Assembly (NCBI GenBank): GCA_963514005.1
Contig: OY740781.1
Location: 66,464,001 to 66,528,000 of the forward strand
Source of the DNA: Raja brachyura
Taxonomy: Eukaryota
DNA length: 64,000 bases
Direction: 5' to 3'
The notes under the pieces are model-generated. The model had not been told where the DNA came from, did not search any database, and was given only the letters and a program-made list of their open reading frames with translations. Shown here in pieces: positions 58,186 to 64,000 of this stretch. The first letter of the stretch is position 1; each line of letters begins with the position of its first letter. The translations under genes and the position numbers were made by a program.

Positions 58186-59340
58186 GGTCTTCTTCTTGCG
58201 CATTGCGTGCACAGCCTAAAGTAAATAGAGATAAGTAAAAAGTAAATAAAAATTTTAGGCTATGCATGCCATGCGCAAGAATAAGACCATGTCTAGTCTT
58301 TGACAACATCAGGCGCATGTTGAGCAAATTGTTCAAGCAGCATGGATGGGATGTAGAGGGTTAGCACCAATCTTTCAACATCCTCCCCCTTCTGCGTATG
58401 CTGGGAGGGGCGATATGAGAGAGGACAGGGAGCCACTGCAAAGTTGTTGACTTAAGCGTCCCTGTGATGACCCGCATTGCAGAGTTAAGGACAGTGTCAA
58501 CTCGTTTGGTGTGGCAGCTATTATCCCAAGCTGTTGAGCAAAACTCGGCTGTTGAGTGGACTAGGGCTAAGCTTGCGGTACGGAGGGCGTGTGCATTCGA
58601 TCCCCAGGTGTTGCCTGCAAGTTTCCTGATGATGTTGACCCTTGCTTTCAGTTTATCAGCCACCCTCTTCAGGTGTTCATGATAGGTGAGGGTGCGATCT
58701 AGGATGACTCCGAGGTACTTGGGGAATTCTTTATTCTTCACCAGCTTATCACAAAAGGACACTCAGAGCTTTGCATTGGCTAGCCGATTGCTGAGGTGAA
58801 AGGTGGTGACAGCTGGCTTAGATGGTTACGGCGAAGTCGCCAGAAGGTGAAGTACTCCTCCACCCCCTTCAAGTCTTGGGTTAGCACTCTATTGATTTCC
58901 TCAAGGGCAGTTCCTTGGTGGGCAAGGGCAAGGTAATCTGCATATGCAAACTTCCCGGCCGAGGTAGTTGGCATGTCACTTACATAAATGTTGTAGAAGG
59001 GGAGCTAGGACAGATCCCTGGGGGATACCATCTTTCAGGGTCCTGACACAGCTGATCTGGTTCCCAAGCGAGACCCTAAATCTACAGTTGTTGAGGATGG
59101 AAGAGAGGGCACGCATGGTGGTTTGGCACTTCAAGATTCTGAAAGCTTTCAGCAACAGATCATGTGTCCACACGGTGTCAAAAGCTGATGACAGATCGAT
59201 GAGAGCAACACCAGTTTTCAGGGCATGTTGGAAGTCAGCCTCTATGTTGGTAGTGATGGCAAGGACTTAAGCTGCGCAGCTTCTACGACGTCTAAAGCCA
59301 GCTTGCTCTCTGGGCAGAACAGGTTCTACCAATGGAGAAA
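58186..59340 (-). mobile_element. Vingi/Ingi-clade LINE remnant (RT)
   Basis: GIPQGSVLAPLL, FAYADYLAL, PKYLGVILDRTLTY, WGSNAHALRTASLALVHSTAEFC, WLPVLSHIAPPSIRR; minus-strand ...GCAAGAAGAAGA tail at ~58188. Confidence 0.78.
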
Positions 59341-59392
59341 TCCTGGCAAGCGGGTGGCCCTAAAAATAGTTTGTGAGATGTACACAAGAGGG

Positions 59393-59431
59393 AACCTTCA
59401 CGTGGCCCACCCTGTTTCGACTAATGCAATC
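59393..59431 (+). ncRNA. 5'-truncated copy of the HDV-like ribozyme motif
   Basis: AACCTTCACGTGGCCCACCCTGTTTCGACTAATGCAATC matches 340-378 but lacks the 5' strands of P1 and P2. Confidence 0.6.
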
Positions 59432-59467
59432 AACCCGACGTGAACAAGCAAATAGAAGTCTATGTAA

Positions 59468-60290
59468 CTAGACTAAGTGGGACCCGTTGGGACCCATCCC
59501 CTCAACGCGCGGTTGCGGGGGGAGGGGGCAGCCTGTGACATCACACATACACTAACCAACCCATCACACACACACTAACCACCCCTCACACAGTAACCAA
59601 CCCCATTGAAATTATATGAAAAATTATTAATTCACTCCTTTTACCCCATCCCCCGCCCTATCCACTCACGTATAGTCCTCAACTCGCATGCGCGCTAGAG
59701 AGGGAGGGACACAGGCACAGAGATGAACTCAGAGAGGAACACAGGCACAGAGGGGGTAAGGGGGGGAGGGAGATGGGTAGAGAGAGGCGGAGGTAATAGG
59801 GAGCATGAGGGGGGCAGAGAGGGATGGGGTAGAGTTTGAGGGGTGGGGGGGGCGCGCGTCACCACAGGAAGGCTGGTTCCCAAACGCAATACTTCCTCGC
59901 TCCATTCTTCCCAGCTGCCAGACGCACCCGTCCCCAACCAGTTGCCCTCACGAGAGGGAGCATGAGGGGGGCAGAGAGGGAGCGTGAAGGGGGGAAGGGG
60001 GGGGCGCGCATCGTCAGAGGGGAGGGTTGTCTCCCGGCTCCAGGCAGGTTCCGAGTACGGGGAGAGTGGTCAGGAGGGTGACATCACTTGCAGTGCGAGC
60101 AAGAAGACAGCGGGGTTTCTTTCAAAGGTTTTTCGGCAGCGACGGACCGGACCCGAGAGTTCTAGTACAGGGCCCCGACTTGCTCGTTCTTCACTCGCAG
60201 AGCGTGTCGCAGTTATCAGCTATGATCTTTGGTCTTCAGTTGACAGGACGACCTTTGTATAACGGGGGGAGGAGGGAGGGGTGGGAGGTG
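59468..60290 (-). mobile_element. Non-autonomous Helitron, 3' part
   Basis: Minus-strand end GGGTCCCAACGGGTCCCACTTAGTCTAG|T with a near-perfect subterminal hairpin; 5' end not seen. Confidence 0.72.
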
Positions 60291-60591
60291 TCTTTTTGAT
60301 CATTCAATGGGTGCTGATGTGCATATCTCAAACCACCAATAGCAGACTCAATAACAAGCAAAATTGCGAGTGAAAAAGCTTTCATTTTTTCTAAATAAAG
60401 ATCATTGACCTGAAACGTAATCGATTCGGAGGGCACACCTTCCTGACCTTCTGTTCATTTGTAACATTTTCTGTTGTTTCAATTATTTATTCATCCAAGA
60501 ATTACAAATAGCCAAATAGACTGACTTTATTACACAATGCCAAGGTTCTCCACTTCACCAAATTCTCAACAGTACAATACTTTCTTCTTCA

Positions 60592-60612
60592 TCTCTAATA
60601 TTTATCTAAACT

Positions 60613-60691
<79 letters not shown>

Positions 60692-61393
60692 CGTTCGATC
60701 ACATCTTCTCAAAAAAACGACGCGCTGACGGTAACATTTTTACATATTACGGTAGGGATTTATCCCATGGACTCCGAAATAGTCTTATCTGAAAAATCCA
60801 TGCATTATTTCTCGAGTTATTAATCAAAATATTCACAAATCTGAAGAAACTTTGAAAAAAAAGTCTGGCTTTGGCTGATGACGTCACAATGGATCTGCCT
60901 GCCTGCCGTTCTTGCTCTCTTCCCCCCCCCCCCCCCCCCCCCCCCACCCGTTATTCAGCCGCCGACTGAAGACCAAAGATCATAGGTGAAGACTGCGGCA
61001 GCCTGTGTTCCGCACGTTGCGAGTGAAGGACGAGCAAGTTGGGCCCTGTACTAGAGCTCTCGTGTCCGTCTTTGGTCACCCCCCCCCTCCCTTGCCTCCC
61101 CCCCCCCCCTCCCTCCACCCCCTCCCCTCTCCCATCACCTCCTCCTCTCCCTCACCCCCAACCCCCCTCCCTCTCTGCCACCCCTCCTCTTTAGACGCGC
61201 CTGTGAGTTGGGACTATGTGTCAGTGGATAGGGCGGGGATGGGTAAAAGGAGCCAATTAATAATATAAATATATCAAGCGGGGGTGGTTAGTGTGCGTGT
61301 GTGTGTGTGTTGGGGGGGTGGTTAGTGTGTGTGTGACGCCGCAGCCCACCCCCCCCCCCCCCCCCCGCACCCAACAGGTCCCACTTGGTCTAG
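60592..61393 (+). mobile_element. Non-autonomous Helitron, both ends canonical
   Basis: A|TCTCTAATA...ACCCAACAGGTCCCACTTGGTCTAG|T; AT target, no TSD; internal (TG)n. Confidence 0.8.
60616..60690. repeat. (TG)n microsatellite
   Basis: Uninterrupted TG run of ~75 bp. Confidence 0.97.
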
Positions 61394-61394
61394 T

Positions 61395-61963
61395 AACTAT
61401 AGACAATAGGTGCAGGAGTAGGCCATTCGAGCTAGCACTGCCATTCAATGTGATCATGGCTGATCATCCCCAATCAGTACCCCGTTCCTGCCTTCTCCCC
61501 ATATCCCCCGACTCCGCTATCTTTAAGAGCCCTATCTTGCTCTCTCTTGAAAGTATCCAGAGAACCGGCCTCCACCGCCCTCTGAGACAGAGAGTTCCAC
61601 AGGCGCACAACTCTCTGTGAGAAAGTGTTTCCTCGTCGTAGTTCTAAATGGCTTACCCCTTATTCTTAAACTGTGGCCCCTGGTTCTGGACTCCCCCCAA
61701 CATTGGGAACATGTTTCCTGCCTCTAGCATGTCCAAACCTTTAACAATCTTCTATGTTTCAATAAGATATCCTCTTATCCTTCTAAACTCCAGAGTGTAC
61801 AAACCCAGCTGTTCCATTATCTCAGCATATGACAGTCCCGCCATCCCGGGAATTAACCTTGTAAACCTACGCTGCACTCCCTCAATAGCAAGAATGTCCT
61901 TCCTCAAATTAGGGGACCAAAACTGCACTACAGGTGTGGTCTCACTAGGGCTCTGTACAACTG
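61395..61963 (-). mobile_element. CR1 3' fragment
   Basis: Reverse complement of the ~23840-24418 CR1 segment. Confidence 0.88.
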
Positions 61964-62539
61964 CGGGGTGACGATACTAGGTGCGGGGTGACGAAAGGTC
62001 AGAGCGAATAACGAGTCTTGAACAGCGGCTCCACCTCCCCCCGCACCCTGCCAGGCAGAAGGAGACCTCCCTCTCTCTCTTCCCCCCTCCCCCCCCCGGT
62101 TGTTTTGAAACCACAGTTGGTAGGTTTGGAGCAGTAGCTTTTAATTTGCAGGCAGCAGCCGCTATCACCCCGAAAACGGCCGCTGCCTGCAAACCCGTTA
62201 ACGGCGCTTTCAATACAACCCCTCTCGCACGCCGAGACGGGGAGAGGGGGAGAGGGAGGGATGCAGAGGCCTCCTTCCGCCGACTGAAGCAGCTGCACCA
62301 AAGATCCGATAGCTATAGGATCTTTGAGCTGCACCGCTTGGCCCCACACCTGCCTGTCGGCTGGTGGAGGAGGGGAGGCGGTGGCGACGAGGTCCCAACC
62401 GCCTTCACCTTTGGTGGTGGCACTTTGGCGTTGGACAGGGACGGCCAAGGCAGCGGGGCGATGTTGTCAGAGGAGCGCTGACCTTCCTTCCGCCCCACCT
62501 CCTCTGCCCCTCCTCCCTCCTCCCTCTCCCCCTCTCCCC

Positions 62540-62572
<33 letters not shown>

Positions 62573-62689
62573 CCCCCCATCCACCCCTCTTGTCCTGGGA
62601 CCCCTCCTCCCCATCCCGCACTGATCCCTATTCCCTCCTCTATTCAGTCCTCACTGACATCCCCTGTGCTCCCCTCCCCATCTACCCCC

Positions 62690-63350
62690 CCCCAATCTAT
62701 TCATCCCCCTACCCACCTCGCATTGATTTCCTGCCACCCCTCCCCATCCATCCTACACTGGTCCCCCAATTCATCCTGTACTGACCCCCCTTCCCATCCA
62801 TCTCGCACTTCTCCTCCCCCATTCATACTGCACTGATCCTCCCATTCATCCCATACTGACCCACCTTCCAATTACCCTGCACCAAACCCCCCATCCATCC
62901 TGTAGTGATCTCCCCATTCATCTTTTACTGAATCTCCATTCATCCTGTACTGATCCCTTCATTCATCCTGCACCAATCCCCTCATTCATCCCATACTGAT
63001 CCCCATTCATCCTGCACAGACCCTCCGATCCACACTGTCCTGACGTCGTCGTCCCCCATTCATCCTGTGCTGATCACCCCCCCATCCATCCTGTACTGAT
63101 CCCCCCCATTCAAGAAAAATGGGGGGGGGGGGGGGACAGTCTGAAGAAGGGTCTCGACCCGAAACATTGCCCATTTCCTTAGCTCCATAGATGCTGCCTC
63201 ACCCGCTGAATTTCTACAACATTTTTGTCGACCCACATTCATCCTGTACTGAACCCCCCCATTCATCCTGTACTGAACCTCCCATTCATCCTGTACTGAT
63301 CCCCCCCCCCCCCCCATCCATCCATCCCATGCTGATCTCCCATTCAACAC
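62690..63350. repeat. ~21-bp degenerate minisatellite
   Basis: Repeated CCCCCATTCATCCTGTACTGA-like units, interrupted at ~63115-63232. Confidence 0.85.
63136..63232 (+). mobile_element. Penelope-like terminal fragment with hammerhead-like core
   Basis: CTGAAGAAGGGTCTCGACCCGAAACATT at 63141-63168. Confidence 0.72.
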
Positions 63351-64000
63351 CACTGACATCCCCGTGCTCTCCCCTTACAATTTAACATACTTCAACCAAC
63401 ACGTACTAATCCACCTGCCTCAATCCATCCATTCTGCACCGATTGCCTTCTCAACACCACCCCCCTCCACCCCCCGGCCATCTATCCACCCCGCACTGAT
63501 TCACACCCCCTGACCCTATTGTGATTCATGGTCTTCAGAGCGAACATTGACTACGTTTGATAACAGAATGCAATCAAATGTGTTTTAATTCCCAATGTTA
63601 TTATTTGTTTTGACACCTTTAAACATATTACCAAAAGAACATTTGCAGCAGTTATGTCCTTTGGCCATCTCTTGTCAGTTAGTGTACTGTTTAACCTGTC
63701 AGATGGGTACAGTCGGTTTTAACAGCTATTATCACAAAATGCCTTTAGAAATATCTTTGCAACCTGTATATTTTGTTATGGATAAATTATGTGGGAAGCG
63801 GGAGTGTTTCTGTGCCAATAGCAATAACGACCCATGCTATGGCCATGTCATGGTAATTTTCGGTCCTTCACAGAAAACATGCTTGCATCAATCTGTAGTG
63901 TGCATGGTCCAGGATTTATTGACACAGGTTAATAATTTGCTGAATAATCCAACCACATTTTTGTTTGAAAGTGGAAAGAACTAATAGAAATTGCATTAAT

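Noticed and set aside
61965-62480. CpG-rich segment as the DEPDC1B promoter or exon 1
   Set aside because: No minus-strand M...GPYRAT.L-type exon with a donor was found here or elsewhere in 54190-64000. Exon 1 probably lies outside the window.

Overview
This is vertebrate genomic DNA. The repeat spectrum (CR1 LINEs, an HE1-type V-SINE, Penelope, DIRS) points to a cartilaginous fish, probably a skate or ray; that assignment is an inference. One host gene is supported: DEPDC1B on the minus strand. Coding exons 2-11 (54189 to 29614) all have GT-AG boundaries and splice into an open 1524-nt frame (507 codons plus stop). Exon 1 was not found and probably lies beyond the right edge. Most of the remainder is nested transposable elements: many CR1 fragments, one near-full-length CR1 with a tandem-monomer 5' UTR, a structurally complete but coding-dead DIRS element, a degenerate internally deleted class I-like ERV, several non-autonomous Helitrons, Penelope-like fragments with hammerhead-like cores, and Vingi, L1, Rex1, V-SINE and MITE copies. 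There is a 556-N assembly gap. The strongest unexplained signal is a ~135-bp TSD-flanked SINE-like element at 323-457. Its 5' end folds as a perfectly paired 53-nt minimal HDV-like ribozyme with a CPEB3-type core, and its 3' end looks like a Vingi tail. A second partial copy sits next to a Vingi RT remnant. Exon, TSD and ribozyme coordinates were counted by hand. Most other repeat boundaries are approximate, and no database searches were run.
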